Position numbers and translations under genes: made by a program. The notes beneath the pieces are model-generated. The model was given only the letters and a program-made list of their open reading frames with translations, was not told where the DNA came from and made no database searches. Source: Candidatus Acidiferrales bacterium (GTDB lineage: Bacteria; Acidobacteriota; Terriglobia; Acidiferrales; UBA7541). Taken from it: a stretch of DNA of 27,796 bases. Location: positions 1 through 27,796 of the forward strand of contig DASYRO010000402.1 in the NCBI GenBank assembly GCA_036004385.1, written 5' to 3'. Positions 16,182 through 25,239 of the stretch are shown here, piece after piece (within the stretch, counting starts at the first letter, position 1; every line of letters begins with the position of its first letter).

Positions 16182-16379
16182 GGCGTCGATCGAATCGCGT
16201 ATTTACTTCGGCGGGCAATTTTCCTACCATGTGCAGGCGAAAGACCAAAGTACTCGCCGCCTGCGTGCAGGCGATGTGCTATCGTGTGGTCTGACGCCGG
16301 TTCGGCGCGCGGCACGGCCGCCTGCCGAATACACTTCCCGGCGGATGGGGACGTTCATAGCGCGATGACGGTGAATTCT

Positions 16380-16403
16380 GCGCAGGCTGAAGGCCTGCGC
16401 CAC
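16380..16403 (-). repeat. REP-like element (GTGG foot)
   Basis: Minus strand GTG-GCGCAGGC-CTTCA-GCCTGCGC, 8-bp perfect stem. Confidence 0.6.
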
Positions 16404-16412
16404 TGAGAACAA

Positions 16413-18092
16413 ATGCCTGCAGCGGCACGCTTGCGTGTTTTGGAACCCGGCGGCACCGAGCGTCAGGTGCCCGTCCAGAATACTCCCTTCACCATCGGAC
16501 GGCAGAAGGGCAACGAACTCACGCTCAGCGACACGCGTATCAGCCGCCTGCAAGCCAAGATTGATCTCACCGACGGAAAATATGTTCTCGAGGACCTGCA
16601 AAGCCGTCATGGCACGTTTGTCAACGGACAAAAAATCGAGGCGGCGCATGAACTGAAGCCGCGGGACACGATTGAATTCGGGGTCCCGGATTCGTTCCGG
16701 CTGGTTTTCGAGCAGGGCGAAGAAACCAATATTTCGGAGTTAGTGAGCCGCGTCGAGGCTGGGCCGGCCACTCCGGCGACTTCGCGCGAACTCTACCACC
16801 TCGGCGTACTGCTGGAAGTCGTGCGCGTGATGCACACCAGCCTCGCGCTCGAAGATTTACTGACTTCCGTGGTGGACGCGGCCATCGCCGTGACGCACAC
16901 GGAGCGCGCCGTGCTGCTGTTGCGCCCGCCGGAAGGCGCGGAGGGCGACCTGGTGCAGAGCGTGGCGCGCGACCATCGCCACGGCACGCTCGATCCGAAA
17001 GAAATGCAGATTTCCTCCAGCATCTTGAAGCAGGTGGTGAAGTCGAGGCGCGAGCTGATTGTCAGCGATCCGGGCGACGCACTGGGCGCGCTGGACCGCC
17101 GCCAACAGGACAGCATGGCGCGGCTGGAACTGCGCACGGTGATCGCCATCCCCCTGGAAAAAATGCCCGTGCTGGGTTCCTCGGACACAACCGTGTACGG
17201 AAAGCCGGCGGAACTGCTCGGCGTGCTTTACCTGGACAGCCGCGCGGTGGGCAGCGCGTTCTCCGATCTCGACCGCCAGACGCTGCGCGCGCTGGCGCTG
17301 GAAGCGGCCACCGTGATCGAAAACGCGCGCCTGTTCGCCGCGTCGCGGGAAAAAGAGCGCCTCGAACACGAGATGGCCATCGCTTCGGAAATCCAGCAGA
17401 CGCTTCTGCCGAAAACATTTCCCGAATCGAAAGAGTTCAGCATCACCGGACTGAACATCGCCTGCCAGTCCATCGGCGGAGATTATTTTGACGCCATCGG
17501 GCTTCCCGGCGGGCGCTGCGGCGTGGTGGTGGCGGACGTCTCCGGCAAAGGAATTCCCGCGGCGCTGCTGGCGTCCATGCTGCAGGGAGTTTTTTCCGCC
17601 ACGGCGGGAATGGATATCGCGCTGCACACCATCGGCGCGCGCGTGAACAAATATCTCTGCGAGCGCACGGGCGATGACCGCTACGCCACGCTGTTTTATT
17701 CCGTCCTGGATCCCAGCGGGCATCTGGAATACGTCAACGCCGGACACGTGTCTCCGCTGGTGCGCACGACGATGGGCCAGGTGTACACGCTGGCCTCGGA
17801 TAATTTCCCGCTGGGCATGTTTGATTTTGCGGAATACCACACGGGCCGCGCGCAGCTTCAACCCGGGGATTTTCTCATCATCTATACCGACGGATTTTCG
17901 GAAGCGCACAACATGCGCAACGACATGTTCACGGAAACGGGCTTGCGCGACATCCTGCGCGCGTTTAGCGGCGCCACCGCCCAGGAACTTTCCGCCGCCA
18001 TTCAGGCCGGCGTGCGACAGTTCACCGGCGGTGCGCCCCAGTCGGACGATATGACTTTGGTCGTAGTACACTACCGGGGCTCCGGCACATGA
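16413..18092 (+). CDS. FHA-GAF-SpoIIE/PP2C (RsbU-like) protein phosphatase
   Basis: FHA: FTIGRQ, ISRLQA, DLQSRHGTFVNG. GAF: LLGVLYLDS...IENARL. Linker ERLEHEMAIASEIQ. PP2C: GGDYFD, ADVSGKG, VNAGH, YTDGFSE, SDDMT. Confidence 0.93.
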   Translation: MPAAARLRVLEPGGTERQVPVQNTPFTIGRQKGNELTLSDTRISRLQAKIDLTDGKYVLEDLQSRHGTFVNGQKIEAAHELKPRDTIEFGVPDSFRLVFEQGEETNISELVSRVEAGPATPATSRELYHLGVLLEVVRVMHTSLALEDLLTSVVDAAIAVTHTERAVLLLRPPEGAEGDLVQSVARDHRHGTLDPKEMQISSSILKQVVKSRRELIVSDPGDALGALDRRQQDSMARLELRTVIAIPLEKMPVLGSSDTTVYGKPAELLGVLYLDSRAVGSAFSDLDRQTLRALALEAATVIENARLFAASREKERLEHEMAIASEIQQTLLPKTFPESKEFSITGLNIACQSIGGDYFDAIGLPGGRCGVVVADVSGKGIPAALLASMLQGVFSATAGMDIALHTIGARVNKYLCERTGDDRYATLFYSVLDPSGHLEYVNAGHVSPLVRTTMGQVYTLASDNFPLGMFDFAEYHTGRAQLQPGDFLIIYTDGFSEAHNMRNDMFTETGLRDILRAFSGATAQELSAAIQAGVRQFTGGAPQSDDMTLVVVHYRGSGT

Positions 18093-19756
18093 AGAATAAT
18101 CCCACGTCGACAACTGCCGCCAAGCAGTCGGGTACCAGCCTGGCCCAGCTGGCAGACGCGCTGGCCGCCCTGAGCCTGGAAGCCGCTCCGGAAACGTTGG
18201 CGCAGCAGACCGTGGAAACAGTCACCGCCCATCTCGGCGCCTCCGGCGCGCGGCTGTGGCGCATGGTGGATGGGAAGCCCGCCATGTGGAAGCACGCGGG
18301 CGCCATGCCCGGCGCAGACGAGGCCGCAGCGGCCAGGGCGTTCAGCGGATTAGTTTCTTCCAGTGGGACGTCCGACTGGTTTTTTGCAGGCGCAGGCAAT
18401 AGCCACGCCGGGATGGTTCTGGAGACTTCAGCTCCGAAGCCCATGAGTGCGGAGGCGCGCAGCGTGCTGGCGCTTTTCGCGAGATTCGCTGCCTCCGCGC
18501 TGGCCGGTGTGGACCACCGGCGCACTATTGATACACTTTCCAGCATCGTTGAAGCCACCAAGCAACTGAATTCGACGCTGGACCTCGGAGAACTCATCAA
18601 CATCGTGCTGCAACTGGCCACGCGGCAGACCGGCGCAGACCGCGGCACGATGTTTCTGGTGGACAAGGAACACGAAGAAATCTGGTCGCTGGTGGGGCTG
18701 GGTCTGGCGCAACAGGAAATCCGCATCCCCATGAGCAAGGGCATCTCCGGACACGTCGCGCGCACCGGAGAGACGGTGAACCTGCTGGATGCCTACGACG
18801 ATCCGCGGTTCGAGCCGGACGTGGATCGCCGCCTGGGCTACCGCACGCGCACGCTGCTGTGCCTGCCGATTCGCAACAAGGCCAACGACGTCGTCGGCGT
18901 GCTGCAACTGTTGAACAAAGCGACTGGCCCGTTCAACAGCGAGGACACGATGTTCCTGCAGGCGCTTTCCGTGCATTGCGCCATCGCCATCGAAAATGCG
19001 CAGCTCCACCGCGAACTCATCCACAAGCAGAAACTGGAGCGCGACCTGGCGCTGGCGCGCAGCATCCAGCGCGGCTTGCTGCCGGAACATCCGCCCACCA
19101 TCGAGGGGTTCGACATCGTCGTTTCACACAAGCCGACGCAGATGGTCGGCGGCGATTATTACGATTTCATCCCGCTCAGCTCGGAAGCGCTGCTGTTTGT
19201 CATTTCCGACGTGGAAGGGAAGGGCGTGGCCTCCGCGCTGGTGATGGCCAACCTGCAAGCCACGCTGCGCGCGCTCGTGGTACACCTGCATTCGCTGGAG
19301 CGGATCGTGGCGTCGGTGAACGACATGATCCTGGCGGATACCCGCGCGCAAAAATATATGAGCATGTTCGTGGGGCTGCTCGACCAGCGCAACCGCACGT
19401 TCCACTACATCAACGCGGGTCACGTGCCGCCCGCCGTGGTGCGCGCCAACGGTGAGCATGTGTTCTTGCGCGAAGGCGGCATGGTCGTGGGAATTTTCCC
19501 CGGCGTGGCATATGAACGCGGCTATCTCAAGCTCGAGCCTGGCGACGTCTTCGTCGGGTGCACGGACGGCATCACCGAAGCCATGGACGTGCAATCTAAC
19601 GAGTACGGCGTGGAACGCCTGGTCGAAACTATCACCCGCGAACGCAACTCGCCCGCGGAACGCATCGTGGAAACCGTCCTTAATGAGGTGGACCGCTTCT
19701 CCCGCGGCGGGCCCCACGAAGACGACCGTATCATCATGATCCTCAAGGCGCTGTAG
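18089..19756 (+). CDS. Degenerate GAF-GAF-SpoIIE/PP2C (RsbU-like) protein phosphatase
   Basis: ATGA overlap with the previous gene. GAF with LLCLPI...GVLQLLNK..F...D. Linker KLERDLALARSIQ. PP2C: GGDYYD, SDVEGKG, INAGH, TDGITE, EDD. Confidence 0.93.
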   Translation: MKNNPTSTTAAKQSGTSLAQLADALAALSLEAAPETLAQQTVETVTAHLGASGARLWRMVDGKPAMWKHAGAMPGADEAAAARAFSGLVSSSGTSDWFFAGAGNSHAGMVLETSAPKPMSAEARSVLALFARFAASALAGVDHRRTIDTLSSIVEATKQLNSTLDLGELINIVLQLATRQTGADRGTMFLVDKEHEEIWSLVGLGLAQQEIRIPMSKGISGHVARTGETVNLLDAYDDPRFEPDVDRRLGYRTRTLLCLPIRNKANDVVGVLQLLNKATGPFNSEDTMFLQALSVHCAIAIENAQLHRELIHKQKLERDLALARSIQRGLLPEHPPTIEGFDIVVSHKPTQMVGGDYYDFIPLSSEALLFVISDVEGKGVASALVMANLQATLRALVVHLHSLERIVASVNDMILADTRAQKYMSMFVGLLDQRNRTFHYINAGHVPPAVVRANGEHVFLREGGMVVGIFPGVAYERGYLKLEPGDVFVGCTDGITEAMDVQSNEYGVERLVETITRERNSPAERIVETVLNEVDRFSRGGPHEDDRIIMILKAL

Positions 19757-19780
19757 AGGCACAACATATCGTGCCTCTAC
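19753..19780. repeat. Perfect palindrome with GTAG at both ends (REP-like), overlapping both convergent stop codons; possible bidirectional terminator
   Basis: GTAGAGGCAC-AACATATC-GTGCCTCTAC; TAG 19754-56 (+) and TAG 19779-77 (-). Confidence 0.75.
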
Positions 19781-20703
19781 GGCTTCGCTTCATGGATTTT
19801 TCTGAAGAATCCCAGCACGCGGCGTTCAAATTCCTTCGGCTCTTTACCCAGGGCCGCCGTATGCCCCGCGCCACGCACCAGCCACATTTCTTTTGGCCCG
19901 GTGGCCGCCTTGAATATGCGACGCGTATGTCTCGCGGGAATGTTGTGGTCGCTCGTGCCGCAGATCAGTAGGACAGGAAATGGGCGCGCGGCGACGGACT
20001 TCTCCGGAGAGATGTCGTCGGCGTCGAACTTTCCTTCATTTTCCGCGCCCCGGATGGCCATCGCCGAAGCGGGACGGAACAGTGTGCGGCCCAGGAGCGA
20101 ACTGACGCGTAAACCAGAGTAATCGAAGGAAACCTCGCGCAGGTTGGCGAAGGCGCTTTCCGCAACCACGCCGGCGACGCGCGGGTCAACCGCAGCGGAC
20201 TGCAATGCAATCGACGCGCCCATGGATTCGCCGAGAAAAAACAGACAGTGTACCGGTTCGGATGCGAGGAGCGCATCGGCGATGGCGCGCGTATCGTTGC
20301 GCTCGAGCCAGCCGTATGTGGCCATTGCGCCTTCGCTTGTCCCGTGCGCGCGAGAGTCCATCATCAGCACGTTGAAGTGATTGCGCAGCAAAAGCTCGGC
20401 ATGACCCAGCATCCCGGCGCGATTATCGGAGACGCCATGAAAGAGCAGCACCCAATCCCCGTTCGGCTCGGGCGGGCGCACCTTCCATCCGCGCAGGATC
20501 ACACCATCCGGCGTGCGCACTTCGAAGTCTTCCCGCTGCGCGCTCACGCGGTCGAATGTCTTGCGGGCCTGCTCGATGAGTTGTGGGGAAAGCTCCCGGC
20601 GCATGGGATGAAGTATCCCGCTGCCCATCATCGCCCCGGCCGCGCCAGCCAGGAAGGGCAGCGCGAGAACCATTGCCGCGAAGCCATTGCGAATGCGTTT
20701 CAT
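19777..20703 (-). CDS. Alpha/beta hydrolase (YqkD/DUF829-like, N-terminal TM or signal anchor)
   Basis: LLFHG, DSRAHGTSEG, nucleophile elbow GESMGA, GTSD acid, GAGHT histidine. Confidence 0.9.
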   Translation of the reverse strand: MKRIRNGFAAMVLALPFLAGAAGAMMGSGILHPMRRELSPQLIEQARKTFDRVSAQREDFEVRTPDGVILRGWKVRPPEPNGDWVLLFHGVSDNRAGMLGHAELLLRNHFNVLMMDSRAHGTSEGAMATYGWLERNDTRAIADALLASEPVHCLFFLGESMGASIALQSAAVDPRVAGVVAESAFANLREVSFDYSGLRVSSLLGRTLFRPASAMAIRGAENEGKFDADDISPEKSVAARPFPVLLICGTSDHNIPARHTRRIFKAATGPKEMWLVRGAGHTAALGKEPKEFERRVLGFFRKIHEAKP

Positions 20704-20760
20704 GTGTCAATAGAAGATACGACGCAGCAGGGAGGTTCGTTCAGTGTACAGCGAATGCAT

Positions 20761-21975
20761 TCAGGCGCGAAAGAGTACGTCTTCCCGTTGAAATTGCAAT
20801 ACCGCCACCGCCAGCGCAATGGCCGCATAGAAGCATGTCGAAAGGAACACGATGGCGATAAAGCCCCACGGCAGGCTTCCGCTCAAAAGTTCTTTGGAAA
20901 CAAGGCTTACGTTGAGCACGGGGATCAGCGCCAGCGCCGGATTCAGCTCGATGCCGGGGAGAATCGAGGCTACCGCTGGGAAAATCACTGCGAGGAGGAT
21001 CGGTCCGGTGTAGCTCTGCGCTTCTTTGTAGCTGCGCGCGATCAGCGAGATGGCCACCAGCGTCGCCGCAAACAGCACGGCCAGCGGCAGCACCATCACA
21101 AAGACCATCAACACCGCTTGCAGGCTAAAATGCACCGCGAGGTCCCGGGTCGCGCCGCTCACGCCACGGGCGACGGCGCCGGGCGAGGACTTCAGGGTGA
21201 TGGAATAAGAAATCAGCGAAACGACAGCGGTCACCAGCGACGTGGTCAGCACGAATAGAAACTTGCCCATGACCAACTCGCCGCGGCTTACGGCGCTGGC
21301 CAGGATAGTTTCCATCGTGCCCCGCTCTTTTTCTCCCGCAGTAAGATCCATGGCCGGGTGCAACGCGCCCATCAGGCAGAAAATAATGATGAAATACGGA
21401 ATGATGCCGCCTATGCGCACGCCGGAAACTTTTTCCGCGGTGGCTACGTTTTGTTCCTTGGTTTTTACCGGAGTGAGCGCGGCTGCGGGCAGGCCGTGAC
21501 CAGCCACGCGCCCTTGCACAATTTCCGTGCGATATTTTCCGATGATTTCTTCCAGGCTGCGCACGGCCATCTCCGAGCGCATTTCCGTGCGGTAGAAATA
21601 GACGGTCAGGCTGGGCGCGGGCGCGCTGCCGGCGCGCACGGCCTGCTCGAATCCGGGAGGGAATTCGATCGCGGCCCGCAATTTTTTATCGCTGATCTGC
21701 TGCTTGAAGTCTGCGGCGACGGGCACGATATCGAATTTCCCGGAGGCGCGCAGTTTGGCGTCCACCTCCGGCGCATTTTCCGCGCCGAGCACCATGATCT
21801 GCGAAGCCTCCTGCCGGGCTTTCTCCACCACCCGCGACTGCAGCCGGCTGAAGCCGTTGCTGAGCAGCGGAAACATGATCAGCGGAAAGAGGAGCATGTT
21901 GAACAGCGTGCGGCGGTCACGAAGCATGTCCGTGCGTTCTTTGTTGTACACGACGCCGATATTTCTCAGCTTCAT
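20761..21975 (-). CDS. natB: ABC-2 exporter permease, NatB-like (copy 2)
   Basis: GAGG RBS, ATG 21975. KERTDMLRDRRT; DLTAGEKERGTMETILAS; ARSYKEAQSY; multiple TM segments. Confidence 0.88.
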   Translation of the reverse strand: MKLRNIGVVYNKERTDMLRDRRTLFNMLLFPLIMFPLLSNGFSRLQSRVVEKARQEASQIMVLGAENAPEVDAKLRASGKFDIVPVAADFKQQISDKKLRAAIEFPPGFEQAVRAGSAPAPSLTVYFYRTEMRSEMAVRSLEEIIGKYRTEIVQGRVAGHGLPAAALTPVKTKEQNVATAEKVSGVRIGGIIPYFIIIFCLMGALHPAMDLTAGEKERGTMETILASAVSRGELVMGKFLFVLTTSLVTAVVSLISYSITLKSSPGAVARGVSGATRDLAVHFSLQAVLMVFVMVLPLAVLFAATLVAISLIARSYKEAQSYTGPILLAVIFPAVASILPGIELNPALALIPVLNVSLVSKELLSGSLPWGFIAIVFLSTCFYAAIALAVAVLQFQREDVLFRA

Positions 21976-21988
21976 CGCGCGTTCCTCG

Positions 21989-23191
21989 CTAAGTGCGGAA
22001 GAGAACTTCTTCGCGGTTAAATTGCCGCACCGCCAGAAACAGCGCCAGCGCGGCATAGAGACACGTGCTGGCAAAAATGATTCCGATCTGATGCCAGTGG
22101 TACTGTCCGGCAAAAATATCTTTGGCCACCAGGCTCACGTTAAGCACCGGCACCATGGCCAGCCGATTATTCAACTCGACGCCGGGCAGCATGGCGGCCA
22201 TCCCCGGCAGGATGACGATAAAAATGAGCGGCCCGAGGTAGCTCTGCGCTTCGCGGTAGCTGCGCGCGACGAGAGCGATGGCCAGCAGCGCGGCGGAAAA
22301 TGTCGCCGCCAGCGGCACGACCATGAGGAAAACCACAGCCGCGGATTTGGCGCTGACCGCCAGCACAAACGATTTCGTCACCTGTGCGAGCAGCTTCGCG
22401 CCGATCAGCACCGAGCCGGAAAAGGAGAGCACGGAAAGCGCGGTGGTCACGATGGAGAAGGTCAGCACCAGAAAAAACTTTCCGACAACGAGGTCACTGC
22501 GGCCCGCAGGGCTCGCCAGAATCGTCTCAATCGTGCCGCGTTCCTTTTCCCCCGCGGTGGAATCCATCGCCGGATACATCGCCCCGGTCAGGCACAGGAT
22601 GATGACGAAGTACGGCAGGATCATGCCCAGAATGTTGCCGCTGACTTTTTCCGCGGACGCTACGTTTTCTTTTTTCAGCTCGAAGGCAGTGAGCATGGAG
22701 GCGGGCATTTTGGCCGTAGCCACCCGGCTCGCCACCACGCTGTCGCTGTACTTTTCGATCGCTTCCTCCAGGTTGCGCAATACGCTTTGCGAACGTAGTT
22801 CGCCTTCGTAGTGATAAATGTTCAGCGTCTGCGGCTCGCTGGGATTGGTGCGGAGTCTTTCCTCGAAGGCGCTCGGAAATTCCACAGCGGCGCGCAGTTT
22901 TTTGTCGTTGATGCGCTGGACGTAGTCACCGGCGGCGGGAACGATTTCGAATTTTGTGTCTTTGCGCAGTAAACGGACCAGCGACGGCGCGTTGGCTTCG
23001 CCGAGCAACATCACCGTGGGGCTTTCCCGCGTAGCCTTGCGCACGACGATGGTGGCCAGCGTGCCGATGGCCAGCATCAGAACCGGAAACGTCAGGATGG
23101 GTACGAGTATGGAACTGACGATGGTGCGGCGGTCGCGCAGCATGTCCATCAGTTCCTTGCGGTACACCACGCCGATTGTTCGCGCGGACAC
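21989..23191 (-). CDS. natB: ABC-2 exporter permease, NatB-like (copy 1)
   Basis: GTG after GGGGGA. KELMDMLRDRRT; DSTAGEKERGTIETILASP; ARSYREAQSY. Confidence 0.9.
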   Translation of the reverse strand: MSARTIGVVYRKELMDMLRDRRTIVSSILVPILTFPVLMLAIGTLATIVVRKATRESPTVMLLGEANAPSLVRLLRKDTKFEIVPAAGDYVQRINDKKLRAAVEFPSAFEERLRTNPSEPQTLNIYHYEGELRSQSVLRNLEEAIEKYSDSVVASRVATAKMPASMLTAFELKKENVASAEKVSGNILGMILPYFVIILCLTGAMYPAMDSTAGEKERGTIETILASPAGRSDLVVGKFFLVLTFSIVTTALSVLSFSGSVLIGAKLLAQVTKSFVLAVSAKSAAVVFLMVVPLAATFSAALLAIALVARSYREAQSYLGPLIFIVILPGMAAMLPGVELNNRLAMVPVLNVSLVAKDIFAGQYHWHQIGIIFASTCLYAALALFLAVRQFNREEVLFRT

Positions 23192-23193
23192 TT

Positions 23194-23925
23194 CTATTCC
23201 CCCACTACTTTGACGAAAATTTCTTCCATGTCTTGCTCGGCGTAGCGCTCGCGCAACTGCGGCAGCGTGCCCTCGGCGAGCAGCTTGCCGTTATGAATGA
23301 TGCCGACGGTGTCACACAGCTTTTCCACTTCGCTCATCACGTGCGTGGAGAGAATTACCGTCTTGCCCTGCGCGCGGCATTCGCGGATGAATTGCACGAT
23401 GACCCGCGCGGTCATCACGTCCAGCCCGATGGTCGGTTCGTCGAAGATCATCACTGGCGGGTCGTGCACCAGCGTGCGCGCGATGGAAACCTTCTGCTTC
23501 ATGCCCGTGGAAAGCTTGTCGCAGCGGCGGTCGCGAAATTCATTCATGTCCAGGCGCGCAAAGATTTCGTCAATTCGTTTGGCCAGCGCCGTTTCATCCA
23601 TGCCGTGCAGGCGCCCGAAATATTCGACGAACTCGCGCGCGGTCAGGCGTCCGTAAAGCGCCGTGGCGGTGGAAAGAAAACCAACGTGAGCGCGCACTTT
23701 TTCGGGATCGTCGGCCACGTCGAAACCGGCCACCTTGGCCGTGCCCGAACTCGGCCGGAGAATGGTCGCCAGCATGCGCAGAGTGGTGGTCTTACCGGCG
23801 CCGTTAGCCCCCAGCAGCCCGTAAATCTGTCCAGGCTGAGCCTTGAAATTTACGCCGTCCACCGCGCGGATTTCCCCGCGCTTCTTGTCCTTGAAAATCT
23901 TGGTTAGGCCCTGGGCTTCAATCAT
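23194..23925 (-). CDS. natA: ABC exporter ATP-binding subunit, NatA-like
   Basis: Start trimmed to [11 protein letters not shown]. Walker [10 protein letters not shown], signature LSTGMKQK, Walker B MIFDEPT, H-loop STH. Confidence 0.93.
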   Translation of the reverse strand: MIEAQGLTKIFKDKKRGEIRAVDGVNFKAQPGQIYGLLGANGAGKTTTLRMLATILRPSSGTAKVAGFDVADDPEKVRAHVGFLSTATALYGRLTAREFVEYFGRLHGMDETALAKRIDEIFARLDMNEFRDRRCDKLSTGMKQKVSIARTLVHDPPVMIFDEPTIGLDVMTARVIVQFIRECRAQGKTVILSTHVMSEVEKLCDTVGIIHNGKLLAEGTLPQLRERYAEQDMEEIFVKVVGE

Positions 23926-24146
23926 TGCGGCACACCTTTGATGGTCAACGTTGTGGGATGAACCAGCGGAGCGACCCCTCGCAATCGAGTACGCAGGGTA
24001 GCACAAGAAGATTTCACTGTACGCCGAAAGAAGAAACCGCCCGCCGGCGCCGAGCGAGCTGCCGCTCGCGCTTAGAGGATGGGCCAACTTTTTCGTGGGT
24101 TGCGTGGGGACACTCGGCTATGATGGGTGCACGAGGACGAAATCCA

Positions 24147-24380
24147 ATGGCATTGGATTGGTCAAAGTGTCCGGTGGTAGAAAGCGTGCCCGGAAGAGTG
24201 AGCGGAGCCTGGGTCTTCCGTGGCACGCGAATTCCCGTGACCGCCGTTTTCGAGAATCTGGAGGACGGCCTCACTATTGACGAGGTCGCGGCGTTATACG
24301 ACGGCTTGACGCGTGAGATGGTCAAGGCGGTTCTGGAATTCACGGCGCAGAGCCTCGAAGCTCCGACTCTTTCTCGGTAA
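24147..24380 (+). CDS. DUF433-family antitoxin
   Basis: GAGG RBS. MALDWSKCPVVESVPGRVSGAWVFRGTRIPVTAVFENLEDGLTIDEV; TAATG overlap with a PIN-like gene. Confidence 0.88.
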   Translation: MALDWSKCPVVESVPGRVSGAWVFRGTRIPVTAVFENLEDGLTIDEVAALYDGLTREMVKAVLEFTAQSLEAPTLSR

Positions 24381-24709
24381 TGCGAATTCTCTTCGATCAA
24401 GGAACTCCCATCGGGATTCGCGATGCCCTCCGGGGACATTATGTCCGGACGGCGAACGAGGAGGGTTGGAGTGCACTTTCGAACGGAGAACTCATGTCCG
24501 TCGCTGAGGATACAGGGTTCGAGACACTGATTACGACGGACACGGGCCTTCCCCACCAGCAAAATCTGAAAGGTCGAAAGCTCGCGGTAGTGGTCCTCAC
24601 CAAGAACCGTTGGATCCTCATCGAACGGCGGATGCAGGAAATCATCGCTGCAGTAAACTCTGCGACGGCTGGGACCTACTCTGTCGTCGAGATTCCTGAA
24701 CGCCGTTGA
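24380..24709 (+). CDS. DUF5615/PIN-like (VapC45-type) toxin
   Basis: MRILFDQG...GWSALSNGEL...LITTD..L.HQQNL; coupled to DUF433. Confidence 0.85.
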   Translation: MRILFDQGTPIGIRDALRGHYVRTANEEGWSALSNGELMSVAEDTGFETLITTDTGLPHQQNLKGRKLAVVVLTKNRWILIERRMQEIIAAVNSATAGTYSVVEIPERR

Positions 24710-24780
24710 CAACGCACCATTCGGGCGGTAGGTTTGACCCGCTTGTATTCCCCTCAATTCTGCACGTTTAAGGAGGCAGC

Positions 24781-25188
24781 ATGCGTCGCTTTTTGTTGCT
24801 CGCGGTGTTTGTTTGTCTGGCGGCAGCGCCTGCGCTGACGCAGGACCCGGTGAAGGTGGATCCCAAGCACTATAAGGTTATGTTCGAGAATGATCAGGTG
24901 CGCGTGGTGCGCGTGCATTACGGCGCGCACGAAAAGTCGGTCATGCACGAGCACCCCGATGTCGTCGCCATATTCCTCACGGACCAAAAGGCCAAATTCA
25001 CTACTCCGGACGGCAAGAGCGAAGAAAAGGAAGGTAAGGCCGGGGACGCCCTCTGGATGCCCGGAGGGAAGCACTTGCCTGAAGCCATGGGCGACAAGCC
25101 GATCGAAGTGATCCTGGTGGAGATGAAGCACAAGATGGCAGCCAAGCCCGCGACCAAGGCTCCGCCGCCACCGCCGCCGAAGAAGTAA
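24781..25188 (+). CDS. Secreted cupin-fold protein
   Basis: AAGGAGG RBS; signal peptide; FENDQVRV, SVMHEHP, GDALW, KHLPE cupin-like motifs; Lys/Pro tail. Confidence 0.85.
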   Translation: MRRFLLLAVFVCLAAAPALTQDPVKVDPKHYKVMFENDQVRVVRVHYGAHEKSVMHEHPDVVAIFLTDQKAKFTTPDGKSEEKEGKAGDALWMPGGKHLPEAMGDKPIEVILVEMKHKMAAKPATKAPPPPPPKK

Positions 25189-25239
25189 GAGTCCTGAGTC
25201 ATTCGGAGGGCTGGCGCATTCGGCCCGCTAGGTTCCTAT

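Noticed and set aside
16122-16403. CRISPR array suggested by repeated CAGGC-N5-GCCTG palindromes
   Set aside because: Copies are in mixed orientation, irregularly spaced and non-identical, and there are no cas genes; better explained as REP-like elements.
4881-19009. Diversity-generating retroelement (TR/VR) explanation for the duplicated GAF
   Set aside because: No reverse transcriptase in the window, and the differences are mostly third-position G/C/T changes rather than adenine-specific.
4881-19009. Assembly duplication as the cause of the near-identical GAF
   Set aside because: Twelve synonymous differences in 32 compared codons show two real, diverged copies.
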